This document shows positions 11,302-24,664 of a DNA stretch of 64,000 bases, in pieces. Where the stretch lies: assembly GCA_951406725.2 (NCBI GenBank), contig OX597833.1:42904001-42968000 (forward strand). The letters are read 5' to 3'. The position numbers were made by a program, and so were the translations under genes. Source of the stretch: Octopus vulgaris. Its lineage: Eukaryota. The notes beneath the pieces are model-generated. The model did no database searches and was not told the DNA's origin. It was given only the letters and a program-made list of their open reading frames with translations. How positions within the stretch are numbered: the first letter of the stretch is position 1; the number at the start of each line of letters is the position of its first letter.

Positions 11302-11620
11302 ATTTTTTTCGTTTATGACACCGAGCGTTCCAGTTGATCAGATCAATGGAATAACCTTCTCGTGAAATTAACGCACAAGAGACTGAGCACTCCACAGGCA
11401 CGTGCACTTTTAACGTATTTCACAGGGAGATTTAGCGTGACACAGAATGTGACAAGGCCGGCTCTTTGAAATACGAGTATAATTCATTTTTTGCCGCTGA
11501 GTGGACGGGAGCAACGTGAAATAAAATATCTGGTCTAGGACACAATGCGCGGTTGAGAATCGAACATTCGCGCAACCTTGGAATCTTGAGTCGAATACCC
11601 AAACCACTAAGACAAGTGCG
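11302..11620 (-). mobile_element. Diverged SINE family D
   Basis: Reverse complement aligns by eye with 33245-33572. Confidence 0.8.
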
Positions 11621-11821
11621 TACAGGCATGAACGAGCGGGTAGGACGTTCGCTTGGAATTCTCGAGGTTATTACGGATGAGATACCACACTATAGCATGG
11701 TCTGCATATCGTTTCATGTAGCATCCGTGTACTTTTATTTTAAAAAGACCAGTATCATTTGACACTGGGCACTCATCATCTCATCATTCACACACATACA
11801 CACGCACACACTTATATATAT

Positions 11822-12132
11822 GTGGAGGCGCAATGGCCCTGTGGTTAGGGCAGCAGACTCGCGGTCGTAGGATCGCGGTTTCGTTTCCCAGACTGGGTGT
11901 TGTGGGTGTTTATTGAACGAAAACACCTAAAGCTCCACGATGTTCCGGCAGGAGGTGGTGGCGGTCCCTGCTGTACTCTTTCGCTACAACTTCCTCTCAT
12001 TCTTTCTTCTGTTGGCCTGCTCGCCTAGCCAGCGGGATGGCGTCATTTGAAGGCTAAAACAATGCGAAGCGCATTGTGACCAGCGATGTGTAGCAACATC
12101 TGATAGCCTGGTCGGTCACGGTGATCACGGTG

Positions 12133-12133
<1 letters not shown>
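11822..12133 (+). mobile_element. tRNA(Arg)-like SINE, family C head with RTE-derived tail
   Basis: GTGGAGGCGCAATGGCCCTGTGG head; tail 'tgtgaccagcg.tgt...ctggtcggtcacggtgatcacggtga' matches the RTE 3' end at 14943-15003. Confidence 0.9.
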
Positions 12134-12195
<62 letters not shown>

Positions 12196-12221
12196 AGCAT
12201 GAACGTGTAGTGCATATTTGT

Positions 12222-12272
<51 letters not shown>

Positions 12273-12859
12273 ATTGGTAGTACAAACAGTAAAAATAGAA
12301 CTCAAAATATGAGTATGTGCATATTTTTACTAATATTTAGCAGATGCAACAGACTGACTCAAGGGCACGGAAATCTCGGACCTTGGTTCACTCTGTTGCT
12401 TGTGCTAAATATTAATATGTGTGTGTATGTGAGTGTGTGTGTTTTGTATGTGTGTGTCTGTGTGTGTGTGTGTGTGTATGCGCGTATTTGAGTGTGTGTT
12501 TGTGTTTGTATGTATGTCTGTATCCCCTGATCACAATTCTCGTTCATCCATATTCCCGTTTTTCAAATTTGCCAGCTTTCTTGTTGACTCTTAACTCGCT
12601 TCACCCGTTTTCCTCCTACAAACATCTGCGCTCCCCTTCTTGCGCCCTCGTCTACCCTTATTCTTCACTTTTAATCTTTTTCTCAGTCACACCATTTCCA
12701 ATATGATTAATCACCACTATTAGCAAGCATCGTATACCTATTTTCAACTTAGCAGCCTGTAGTTTCCATGATAGCATGTTACAGTTTAATCCACTGATCT
12801 AGAAGACTTACCCTTTCATTGGTGTGAGTGTATATATTATACACCCATATATATATTTT

Positions 12860-13160
12860 ATTATTTACTTGTCATTAGATTGAGGCCATACTGGGGCCAA
12901 CAAGTCGACCCCTAGTTTTTTTTAACATATGCCTGGAACTTATACTATTGTGGAACCGTTATGTGGTGGAGATTTAAACAAAAAGGACACAGATTATTAA
13001 GCGTTGGGCTGGGGTGGCAAATATAAACACAAACACACACACATACACACACGCACACACATACACACATACACACTCTTATATGTCCACTCCAAAAACT
13101 TTGGTCAACCCGCGGCTATAATAAATGAACCTGTACAAGTTTCCACGCAGTGGGACTGAA
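12860..13160 (-). mobile_element. Old SINE family B copy
   Basis: Degenerate 'gtcatt.gattgaggccatactgg...ccacgcagtgggactgaa'. Confidence 0.65.
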
Positions 13161-13221
13161 AATTGAATATTACTCAATACGTTTGGTAGAGTACTAATTT
13201 ATTATTCTTTAATAAGAATAA

Positions 13222-13297
13222 TATTGACAGTGAATTCGAAGATTCGGTTATTTCGATGATGGCCTATTTGGCAGAAACTACAAAGACACTGTCAATA
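13222..13297 (+). ncRNA. Degenerate hammerhead-like motif within an 11-bp inverted repeat
   Basis: TATTGACAGTG ... tCGATGA-tggcc tattt ggca-GAAA-ctac ... CACTGTCAATA; stem III and the cleavage triplet are missing. Confidence 0.4.
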
Positions 13298-13999
13298 CAC
13301 ATATTTGTGTATGCATGACATCGGTAAACAGTGTATATAAAATACTATAGAACATAGATTTTTAATTTATTAACACTATCCCCGTCTCCAGAGAAGGTCT
13401 ATAAGAAAAGGGGAGTTAATCTAAAGAATCAAGTATCCTCCACAAGTTGGCATGCTATTAAAGAATATTGGCATGCTACGGTCCAGAAATAAGACGGCGG
13501 TCGTGGACACGTCTTTGTCCCTCAATAGGCGTGATTAGCACTGCTCGACCTTATCTCCTGTAGCCAAGCGATTTAAATGAAGAAAAAGAGAACATATTTA
13601 TGGTCTAGGTAATTTGCATAATTCGTAACAAAAATAAACCAATAGAAATAACTTACAGTAGCTAGTGGCGTTTATTTGAACGACATAACACAAAAGAATA
13701 TCAAATGCCACGCAATATAAATGTTTGATTAATTGAAATTATCTCCGCCTCTAGAGGATACATACTAACACACACAGACGCATACACACAAATACATATA
13801 TACATATAAAAAAACAGTAGTTGCACGACATCCTGAAGTATATTTGCCACATAAATGTGGCTAACCCTTAAGGGTTGATGCTACTGTAGCTTGTAGCCCC
13901 AGGAAGACATCTCCTCCAGCTGGCTATTGACATACATCCTGTGCCCTATCATTATTTGCAAAGGGAAGTCATCGTTCCCATCTCAAGTCTGACGTGATA

Positions 14000-14040
14000 C
14001 ACACGGACCTGATTTTCTGGGTATTGACCCGTCATCAGCA
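14000..14040 (-). ncRNA. Minimal hammerhead motif (left copy)
   Basis: Minus strand: CTGATGA-c gggt caat accc a-GAAA-atcagg-TC-cgtgtg; core intact, stems I and III degraded. Confidence 0.6.
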
Positions 14041-14063
14041 CTTTTTCGAGATCACCAGAAAAA

Positions 14064-14117
<54 letters not shown>

Positions 14118-14149
14118 AGAAACACTTCCCATCATCAACCAGTGGTTGT

Positions 14150-14194
14150 CACACGCTGATTACGGGTCAATACCCAGAAACTCGAGTCCGTGTG
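14150..14194 (+). ncRNA. Minimal type-I hammerhead motif (right copy)
   Basis: cacacg-CTGATTA-c gggt caat accc a-GAAA-ctcgag-TC-cgtgtg: perfect 6-bp stem I, palindromic stem III, GUC triplet, G8 changed to T. Confidence 0.75.
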
Positions 14195-14279
14195 TATCAC
14201 GTCAGGTTGGAGATGGGAAAGATGACTTTCCTTTGTAAATACTGATAGGGCACAGAAAGTGTGTCAATATACTTCACGA

Positions 14280-14337
<58 letters not shown>

Positions 14338-14341
<4 letters not shown>

Positions 14342-15003
14342 CTTGCTGCGTGTATGCTCTGCGATAACATCCCTCACGCCGGACTTCTTTCTGGTGATCT
14401 GGCTACTGATGTGCTCTCTCAACGAGATTCCAAGCATTGACCTCTCCATGGCTCTTTGAGCTGTTACCAATCTCTGCTCTTCTCACAGCCCATGTTTCAC
14501 TACCACATAACAGTGCAGGTAGAACTGTACTGTTGATGAGGTTGGTGCGGGTGGTCCTGTCCAGCCTTCCCATGAGCATATCCTTTATGCCGTTAAACGC
14601 CTTCCATCCGGCCCTTACTCTCTGTGAGATCTCCTTTTCGATATCTCGGCACATATTCACTTCCTGTCTCAGGTAGACATATTCCTTTATCTCCTCTATT
14701 TCATCACTGCCGATCACTATTCGACCTGTTGGTACGTTGTCTGACGCAGCTAGTTTAGATGGGCTGGACACGTCACCCGGCTCACCGATAATCGGTGGAC
14801 CCGCGCAGTTGTCGAGTGGTACCCGCGCGAGCGGAAACGACCATCCGGAAGGCCTCCACTGCAGTGGAGTTACGATTTCAGGAGGACGATTGGGATCACG
14901 TGGATGAGAAAGGCGCGATCCAGAGAGGAGTGGACAGCGTGCTGTGACCAGCGGTGTCAAATGGACGCCCGACGGACTGGTCGGTCAAGGTGATCAAGGT
15001 GAT
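14338..15003. mobile_element. RTE-clade LINE 3' fragment with 5' inversion (14338-14743 minus, 14744-15003 plus)
   Basis: Minus segment: EYVYLRQEV...GWKAF...VLPALLCGSETW...QRAMERSMLGISLREH...RSKF. Plus segment: FRWAGHVTRLTDNRWTRAVVEWYPRERKRPSGRP, then tail GGTCAAGGTGATCAAGGTGA. Confidence 0.93.
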
Positions 15004-15407
15004 ATATATATATGGAATTTGAACTCAGAACGTAAAGACGGACGAAATGCCGCTAAGCATTTTGTCCGGCGCCCGAACGATTCTGCCAGGTTACTGCCTT
15101 ATATGTACGACTAATACTGATTACCATTTAAGAGTTTAGTGGCATAAAAATTGGCACAAGAATGTCTTAGGAGAGAATATGATCTACTGATGCCTGAATC
15201 AACAGTTCAATATCCAGCTGTAACCTTCATCTTAGATATATTTGTTTATAAGTAAATAGAATTCACCCCACCGTTGCCAGGAAGCGAACTATTGACCCTT
15301 TGCCCGTAAACTGTCATCTGTAATTGCTCGGGCAGCTGTGAATCACAAAAGTGATGAGAGAGGATAAATAATAGGACGAAAAGAAGAGGAGAATGATATA
15401 CATACAT

Positions 15408-15487
<80 letters not shown>

Positions 15488-15660
15488 AGAGAAAGAAAAG
15501 GAGAGAGAAAGCGAGAGGTGGAGTGGGTGGCAGTGAGAGAAATAGTGAAAAAGAGAATTAGAAGGGAAAGAACAGCGGCAAAAAAAAAAGAGATTAATAG
15601 AAAGAGACGGTGTCGAAGAAACAGGAGGCAAGATTGTGAGGGAGACAGATAGGGAAAGAA

Positions 15661-15702
<42 letters not shown>

Positions 15703-15995
15703 AGAAGGGGAGCGGTACAAAAGACTAGAGGCGGAGGGAGAGAGAAAGAGAAGGAGAGAGAAAGGTGACGAGGACTGAAAAAGAGATGGAGGGAGGTAGT
15801 GTGAGAAGGAGGAAGCGGAGAGAGGGTGGGAAAGAGAGTGAGAGGAAGGGAGAGCAAGAGTAATAACGATGATTAGGAAGTTAAGTAGCTAACTAGGTAG
15901 ATAGACATATTAGATAGGCAGATAGATATCTAGACAGATGGGAAGGCAAATAGATATACATAGAGATAAACACAAACGGATAGATAAATAGATGG

Positions 15996-16073
<78 letters not shown>

Positions 16074-16454
16074 GGAATGAAAGAGAGAGAATGGGTGGGG
16101 GGGAAACAAAAAAGTCAATGGAAGAGAAAGGAGACTTGGACAAGACCGGAAGCACAACAGAAGTTGATGGCAAATACTGTTAAATAAACCCTAAAGGGTC
16201 ACATTATTAAGTCTAAAAGGATATCTTCACTGAATAGGTGTGGAGTTGGGGGGGGGGGGTAACTTAGGGAACAAATGGCGTAAGCTAATATGCATATATG
16301 CAAATGTATGCGTATGTGTGTGTTTGTGTGTATGTATGGATTTATCTCTGTCTCTTTGTCTCTCCATCTTTATACTACGGCACACATACATAAACATACA
16401 TACATACATACATACATATATATGTATATATATATACGTAATATATATATATAT

Positions 16455-16514
<60 letters not shown>

Positions 16515-16724
16515 GTACATACATATATACATACATATGTATACATACACAGGCACGCACACACGCTGGCATATATATATTCATGAGCATACATGTCCGC
16601 GTGTTAACATAAGCAACCACCATTATTTATAAGTTTCTGTATATTTTTACAGTCAAATCTATATATGTGTGCGTGCGGTGCGTATGTGTGTATGCAAATA
16701 TACATGCATACACACATTTGTTTA

Positions 16725-16775
<51 letters not shown>

Positions 16776-16795
16776 TACACAAATTTGTTTATATG

Positions 16796-16830
<35 letters not shown>

Positions 16831-17318
16831 GTATATACTGTAAAAATATACAGATACTTATAAATAATGGTGGTTGCTTATGTTAACACGCGAACATGTA
16901 TATATACACACACGATGCGTATAATCACTAACCACAATAAATATACCAAAGGTGGGGGTTGAGACACTCTAAGAGAAGAAGCAGATAAGAAAACAAAGAA
17001 CCCTTTCGAATTTCGCTTCAGATGAAGTTTCTGCTTTATCCCCCCTCTCACCGTTGAACGTAAATCTGTAAAATGTTGGAGGAAGTTACCATATATATAT
17101 ATATGAATGTATGTATGTATATCAACATCCACAGTAAGAATGATAAAATTCTCAGCTGAAACTTATATCAATGGGGACAGCAGATATTAGGGGTCAGATC
17201 CTTAAATTTTGGCATCAAGATTAGGGGAGAGAAAATGCAAGACAAACAAATAGTTATTGTAAAATATTACCAAAACATTTGTGAGAAATGTGCTCAAGCT
17301 TCAGCTGGAGGGAACGGA

Positions 17319-17392
<74 letters not shown>

Positions 17393-17708
17393 ATGTATAT
17401 ATGTATGTGTGTGTGTGTGTATCTATGTATCTTCTATTTCTCACTAATACAGAAACGTCCGGCTTCGAATCCAGAAACATGATATTTTAGTTTGAATTTT
17501 GATAGAACTAGGTAGTCATGTGTGTACTACTAAACTCAAGCGTGTCACAAGAAATAAGTTGAAAATGGCATTTAATAGAAGCATCAACATAACAAATATT
17601 CTATATATTTTCATAGAGATCGGCTACAAGGCATCATATATTGCCAGGCTAGGTCCCAGCCAGTTTTCGTTTAATGAAAATAGTATTTTGTCAATAACCA
17701 ATACAATA

Positions 17709-19537
17709 CAAAATGAATTCCAGAGCTTTGAGACTTTTCCAGTAGAGGCTTATACTAGTTTCAAAGAAGCATAAAATTATAATCTCCTTCAAGTAGCATT
17801 TTCTGATTCCAATGCACTTGCTATTACGCTCCGGTCTCTTCGTGAAGGACACATGGTAGGAACTATGGAAGGATCCGTCAAGGACCCATGGAAGTCTTCC
17901 AAAATAAAGGCGTGTAGGACCATCGTCACAGTCTCTTCTACCTTATCAAAGTATTGAAAACGACTGTTCCTCAGGTTCTTCTTCAGTTTGGGGAACAACC
18001 AAAATTACAGGGAGCAAGGTCTGAGCTGCGGGGAGGGTAATGGCCTATTTTGATGCTCATCTCTGTTAAGTAGTTGTTTATTAGGATAGAATTGTGCTTT
18101 GTTCTGCTGCAGATGCCACCGACTCGAATGGAGGAGCTCTGACCTTTTGCGATAAAATCATTTTCTGAACTCTCTCAAAACGTCTACAAAGTACTTTTTG
18201 TTGACTGTCTGTCCAGAGGGAACCCAGTGGATGTAGATGATGCCCTTGCTGTCAGAAAATGGGATCCCCATGAGCTTTCCGGTGGACTTGCTTTGCCTGG
18301 CCTTCTTGGGTCTAGGAGCTTTGCCTGGCCTTCTTGGGTCTAGAATGTTTCTATTGAGCGCTCTGAATTGGTTTCTGGGTCATAACAGTAGATCTACCTT
18401 TCGTCACAGATCACTAGAAACCCACGTGCTCTTGGATTAGAGGCAATGAATTCAGTCATCTCCCTCCTGTCATCAACGTGTCTTCCCTTCTGTTCGTCAT
18501 TAACCATCTCTTAGGAACAAACTTTGGACAAAGTTTGCACATATTCAGATCTTCATGAATAATTATATGTACAGTTACTACAGCAACTCTAAACTGTTAT
18601 TGTATTGCTATTGTCGTTGTAGACACCCGACAATCTTCATTCAGTTTCTCAACCTGCTCTGATGTTCTGACATCTTTCTCCTCCCCACATTTATCGTCTC
18701 GCAACTCCTCTCTGTGACTAGAATTATAATTGTTTGTTTGTTCCTATTTCGAGTCATGCCTGGCACATAAGGGCCGGTTTCCCGGTTTCCTTGGTGTATA
18801 AGTTCCCCACCTGGACGGGACGCCAGTCCGTCGCAGGTGAGCTGCAAGATGCAGGAGGATAGAGTGAGAGAAAGTTGTGGCGAGAAAGTCAACAGAAGTT
18901 CGCCATTACCTTCTGCCGGAGCCGCGTGGACCTTATGTGTTTCGCTCATAAACACACACATCACTCGGTCTGAGATTCGAACCCGCGATCCCTCGACCGC
19001 GAGTCCGCTGCTCTAACCACTAGGCCATGTGCCTCCACCAACTCCTCTCTACCATCCTTGAACCCCTTGTGCAAGCGAAGAACAAATGCCCAGCTCATAA
19101 AAGTTAATCTGTATCCAGCAGATACTTGGCTCATAAAGTTAATCCATAAAGTCAGGAGCATTCCATAATTTTCTGTAGCGATTTTGCTCAGTTTGACATA
19201 AAACTTCATTACATAGCGATCTTCTCAACTGTCTTCACGTGCCGACAATCCACTCAGCTGTGACAAGCTGTTTAGTAGGGCGTGTTCAAAGTGCTGTTAT
19301 TGCCGTCCTCTTCAACCGGGAATATAAAGTCGGCAGGTCAGCTAATTAGATGTATAATAACGATATACTAATAGGAGGAAGAGGAGGGATGTGGGAAAGA
19401 GAGTGAGAGGAAGGGAGAGCAAGAGTAATAATGATAATTAGGAAGTTAAATAGCTAACTAGGTAGTTAGATATGTTAGATAGGACGGTCATAATTGCCTC
19501 TCCTAAAAAAGTCTCAAAACTTCTGGAATGAACCTCG
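17709..19537 (-). mobile_element. Decayed mariner (Tc1/mariner) transposon with both TIRs
   Basis: TIRs 'caaaatgaattccagagctttgagactttt' (17709-17738) and 'aaaagtctcaaaacttctggaatgaacctcg' (19507-19537), flanked by TA. Transposase remnants MKFYVKLSKIATE, IYCYDPET, RPKKARQSKSTGKLM, DLAPC..WLFPKLK. Confidence 0.9.
18730..19038 (-). mobile_element. Full-length SINE family C inserted in the mariner
   Basis: Reverse complement of 2204-2510; 12-bp TSD CAACTCCTCTCT (18702-18713 / 19039-19050). Confidence 0.93.
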
Positions 19538-19554
19538 TATATTTCGTATACATA

Positions 19555-19769
19555 TCTATTTCTCTTTTTATCTGCAGCCATGCTTCAGCACCGTCTTCAA
19601 GGTTATAATCGATCAAGTTTTCCCGCCGAATTCATTTTTACGTCTGATACTTATTTTATTGGTTTCTTCTTTGTCAAAGCGCTAAGTTTGGGGGCGCGAA
19701 TAAAACAATGCCGGTTGTCAAGTGGTGGGAGGGATGACAAACAAGACACACTTATACACATATATAAAT

Positions 19770-19814
<45 letters not shown>

Positions 19815-19985
19815 CATATGTACATATACGACGTGCTTCTTTCAGTTTCCATCTACCAATTCATTTACAAGACATTGGTTGGCTGTGAGCTATAGTAGAA
19901 AACTCTTGCATAAGGTGCCGTGCGGTGGGGACTGAACCGGAAACCTTGTGGTTCCAAAGTGAACCTCTTAACCATACAGCTATGG
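19555..19985 (-). mobile_element. Diverged SINE family B
   Basis: 'gcagccatgcttcagcaccg...ggttgtcaagtggtggga...gggactgaaccggaaacc'. Confidence 0.75.
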
Positions 19986-20075
19986 CTGAGTCTTTGGTAT
20001 ATATAAATATACTTTTAAAAACTGTTAAAGCTCTTACACTAAAACATACACATCACAACGCTCTAATTTTATTTA

Positions 20076-20790
20076 CTACAAGATTACCTGTGACCCGTTG
20101 TGTCTCTGACGGTTCAGGTTATAAAACATTGAAGCTGATTTCAACATTGCATTGAAATGAAAGTTAATTTTATGATGATTCAGTTAAATATTTCAATTCG
20201 TTCGTGTCATCATAGGTCTGGTTTACAAGTCCATGTTTAAGGTTTTATTGATTATTTACAGCGTCTACTAGAAATAGAACTTCCGGGCTAAATTTGAACT
20301 CGAGTAACAGCATTTATATATGGCATATGTGTACACTTCTACAAAAATCCAAAAGGAATTGTTATATAACGTAAACATAAAATTAATGGAAACAATTTTC
20401 ACAGCATTATATATTCCCATTTTAGGGTTATGTTACTTTCGTAGTATTTTCCCATTATACGCCGTTTTTGTTATTTATGAAGGTACACCAAAAAAGCCGC
20501 GTATCTCGGGAATCCGTGGTGTGATTTATGCGAAACTTTATTCCGTTAGTATTAACATTTCAGGGGTTTCTTACTTTCAGAGTATTTTCCCATTATGCGC
20601 CGGTTTTGGTTATATTAAATGACAGACAAGAATGTACGCAAGGAAGCACGCACGCAAGCAAGCACGCAAGTACGCACGCAAGCAAGCAAGCACGCAGGCA
20701 AGCACGAAAGTACGCAAGCACGCACGCAAGCAAGCACGAAAGTACGCAAGCACGCACGCAAGCAAGCACAGAGTTTTAGTAGTATGTAGA
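20076..20790 (-). mobile_element. Putative non-autonomous Helitron-like element
   Basis: Minus strand starts A^TCTACATACTACTAAAA, then a (TTGC/GTGC)n tract, an internal ~55-bp duplication (20423-20476 / 20561-20615), and a weak subterminal hairpin (ccgt...acgg) before a CTAG-like end. Confidence 0.5.
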
Positions 20791-20914
20791 TAAATACTTT
20801 CATATTGCCTTGATTGATAGATATGAGTTTCCACAAATAATATAATGCAACCTTCATGCACTAAAGTATACTTATTTGCAATACATACATAAGATAATTT
20901 CAAACATTGCACAT

Positions 20915-21070
20915 AGGCATGGCTGTGTGGTAAGAAGCTTGCTTCCCAACGACATGATTTGGGGTTCAATTCCACGGCGTGGAGCCTTCGGCAAGTGTCT
21001 TCTACTATAGCCTGAGACCAAATTCTTGTGAGTGGATTTGGCAGACGGAAACTGAAAGAGGTGCGTCATA
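20915..21070 (+). mobile_element. SINE family B 5' half
   Basis: GGCTGTGTGGTAAGAAGCTTGCTTCCCAAC head through 'gacggaaactgaaag'. Confidence 0.85.
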
Positions 21071-21098
21071 TGTTTATATACATACATACATACATACA

Positions 21099-21131
<33 letters not shown>

Positions 21132-21254
21132 CGTTTTGGGATTTGGTTTGCAAGATTCTTTATGTGAGTTCGTGTGTTGAAGCATATTCTGTTGTGTCTG
21201 GGGAGAGTCATTTTCTTTTTGTGCCTTATAATTTAATATACGATGACAAAAAAC

Positions 21255-21415
21255 AGTCCTCCATACTCTACCAACATGCCAAAAACCAACATAGATGTAA
21301 CTTCGGTCAACTTCACATCCGCATCTTATCCAAGCACCCAAAAGACCCAACACTCTAAGGAATACGGGAGTACGTCTTTATAAATGAAACTTCCCCAATA
21401 TTAAATAGGAAATAT
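21255..21415 (+). mobile_element. Penelope-like GIY-YIG C-terminal remnant
   Basis: SSILYQHAKNQH...HIRILSKHPKDPTL*GIREYVFINETSPILNRK matches the S...H...E...I....P.LN tail. Confidence 0.6.
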
Positions 21416-21768
21416 ATATAGAGTAGATATTATACCCCACCCACCCACAGTTTACACAGGTAGAGTAGAATAGTTAGTGGGCTGTTATGTAGATAGATGT
21501 ATGTATGTGTGTCTGTGTGTGTGTGTGTGTGTGGGTGGGTGTATGTATATGTGTGTATATGCACATGTAAGTAAGCATATGGATATGAAAATAAATAGAT
21601 CAACATACAGACGGATAGGTACATAGGTTATATAAACAGACAAGCACACACACATACGCAACTGGAGACAGAAATAGATGACCATATATACACACACACT
21701 TTACTTCACACAAGGACATTTATATATGTTTCATATATATATATACATACATACATACTTACACACAC

Positions 21769-21821
<53 letters not shown>

Positions 21822-21949
21822 GCAGTATCAGTGCCAAGCAGTATTTAGGCATAAGTGATCTTTAGATGTGTTAAAATATGTTTTATTTCAATTTGTAAGG
21901 GCAAGTTCACTGCAGTTGCTGTGGAGAAAAACATTCATTCTTAGGAAAG

Positions 21950-22890
21950 AATAGTGGAAATACCGATAACGGCTAAAGACCTAAATGAAGCGTCTGGGAA
22001 TCCGACAGAGGTCAGATATGCTATTTTTACACCTTTTACTGTCACAAGAGAGAGTTTCGTTCTCTACGGTAACTGCAATGAATTTGCCTTTGAAATATGT
22101 CGCAAACATATTTTAACTAACCTAAAGTTCGCTGGCTTAAGAAGCGAACGAAGCATGAAATATCGTCTGCATCATCTCAACACAGTTTTAGAAAAAGCAA
22201 GAGCACGCAGCCAACAGAACGGCCTTTAACTGTGCAGACTATGACCACATGTGGTGCAGCTTGTCTAATCCCCGCATTCCGAAACACCTCATTAAGCTCA
22301 TCAAGTAGCTTTACAGTCGTCAAGGCCTGCATTCGAATAAATAATGAGGACACAGAAAAGTTCAAAAATGGGAAAGGAGCTAGTTAGGGCTGTATTCTCT
22401 CTCCATACTTGATCATCACCACCACTGAGGGGATAATGCGGGAGATAATATAGCAAGAACATGGAATCAAAATTTATGGCTTGCATATTTCTAATGTAAG
22501 ATATGCAGACGGCCCTGCTCTGCTTCCTAAGTGTGGAGAGAACGTAATCAATGCGTTTGAAATGTGAGTGTATAGGAGAATGTTATGAGTCTCGAGTGTT
22601 GTCAGAAGTCGGTGAATGACAGCAACTCCTGAACATTACGAAAAACAGAAGCTCATCTATTATAGCCATATTCGATAAGGCAAAGGTCCGGAAGGCATTA
22701 TCATGGAAGGAAGAGTAGAGGGTAGTGAATCAAGAAGTAGGCAAAGAACGCAATGTATGGACAATATCACGAGCTGGTTGGATAAAAGTGACAAGGCAGC
22801 TGGAGAATTCACGCTTAATCGAGAAGATTTTCGTTGTAGTGTTATCAATGCGCTGCAAACGTACAATGCACCACGAAGACGATGAACTCG
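21950..22890 (+). mobile_element. Decayed RTE-clade LINE reverse-transcriptase region
   Basis: AGLRSERS...LEKAR, IPKHLIKLI, GKG..*GCILSPYL, ISNVRYADG, INAFEM*VYRRML, IMEGRVEG..SR.RQR..MDNI. Confidence 0.8.
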
Positions 22891-23744
22891 TAGTTCCATC
22901 TGCTTGGTGAGGAAAATGTTCGGACACTATGTGATGAAAGACAAAATCTGGGCAAAGAACGATAAACCCAAGAGTCAACAACAATTACGATGAAAAACCA
23001 TATTTTAAGAAATTAAATAATCATTTACAAATTTAAAAAAAGGATAAATTTGGATATATTTACATGTATTAATATGCGTATTAATATGCGGTTTTTTTTT
23101 TTTTTGGTGGGGGAAACAGGAGCAGGTAGTGAAGTTATCGAGCCTTGCTTCGGTTGAGGTTAAATAATATAAATTTGTCCTATTGTAAAAAAAAAAAAAC
23201 TAGTGAGAAGGATATGCTGATTTGAAATCTGAGTGTTCGCTTGTCTTCTAGATTACACTTTGGTTTAATTTGCTTGTTCGTTTAACGGCTTCTGACACTA
23301 ATACTGTCGCTATAAAGTTTCTCATAAAATTTGATGTGTCGATGCTTTTTGCGCGACATTTTCGTTTTCAGAGTAAGTAAGTTACAGTTGGAAATCCTGG
23401 AAGCTTTAGCAAACGGTGGGCCTTTAGCTACGATGCTTGAGATGTAACGCTCATTTTGTGTTTGAGAAGTGGGGACTTGGTTTTGTCATGCTAGTGTAGG
23501 TTTCCATCATTGCAAGAGCTCATGACAGGGAGACTATATCTTTAATTAGCAAACATATCTGTTATACTCGACAGCAAGTCGACAGCTAAAACGCTTAAAT
23601 AAATTTATTTATTGGTATGGATGTATATATGTGTTTTTAAGATGTATGCGTATATATATTTATCTATGTATCATGAATGTCCATATGAATACGCGTGTTG
23701 TGTATCGCTATCAATTAATATATACATACGCATACACACATGTG

Positions 23745-23818
<74 letters not shown>

Positions 23819-24664
23819 TATTATGTCTATAAAACACGCGTTCTGTATCTGTATGCCTTTATGAATTTATATATATATGCAAGTAGGGGATCAACCTACA
23901 GCAGTTGAAGTTAAACATCAACAAATTAATCACACCAATCACAAGGGGGTTTGAGAATTGCTATCAGATATACAAACTTTCTATCATCAAAAGTCACTAT
24001 TCGGAGTAATGTAAATCTTTACTCTAGGACTAGTTTAACATTTAAAGTCCCATGGCCATTCAGTTGAGTCTTTAACAATGTAAGGCGTTTAACTAAAGTT
24101 TCACCGCTGAGACTTTTAACAGATATCTAGATGCACTACTTCAAGTATCCGATTTAACCATTAAGTTAAATGCTATAACTTATGGTAGAGGCCGCTACGT
24201 GAACATTTGGCCTGCTAGAAATAGCAGTCAAATCTTTCATTAAACCCAGCCTGACGTCTTTAAAAGATGAATACGTTGGAGAATTACGATCTGCCGTTTA
24301 TACTCATAGAAAACGAACAGGATAGTTTGGATTAGAATGCGTTTGACCATGCGTATGTATGATAAAAGTTGACCTGGAGTCAAACAGCATGTGCACTATC
24401 TGAGACGTTTCACTCTTATCAAAATGTATTTCTCAATTTTCAGGTATTAAAACTGCGATGAATCTCAAACGGTGGGCTGCAACTGCCATATAAGTACGCG
24501 GCAGATTTTTGAAAACAGTATTAAAAGGTTATTGATCCATACTAATGATTTACCGCCTTGAAAAAGAAAGGTATTAGTCACAATTTTGTGCTTGCATGCT
24601 AAATAATTAAACAGGGTAATTTACTATCTAAAAGGGATTTTCGACTCAATATTTACATAGCATA

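Larger units (their letters stand above)
13850..14280. mobile_element. Inverted pair of ~115-bp HHR-bearing modules (Penelope pseudo-LTR-like) around a (TA)n tract
   Basis: 13926-14040 is the diverged reverse complement of 14154-14268; each carries an HHR core. Confidence 0.75.
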
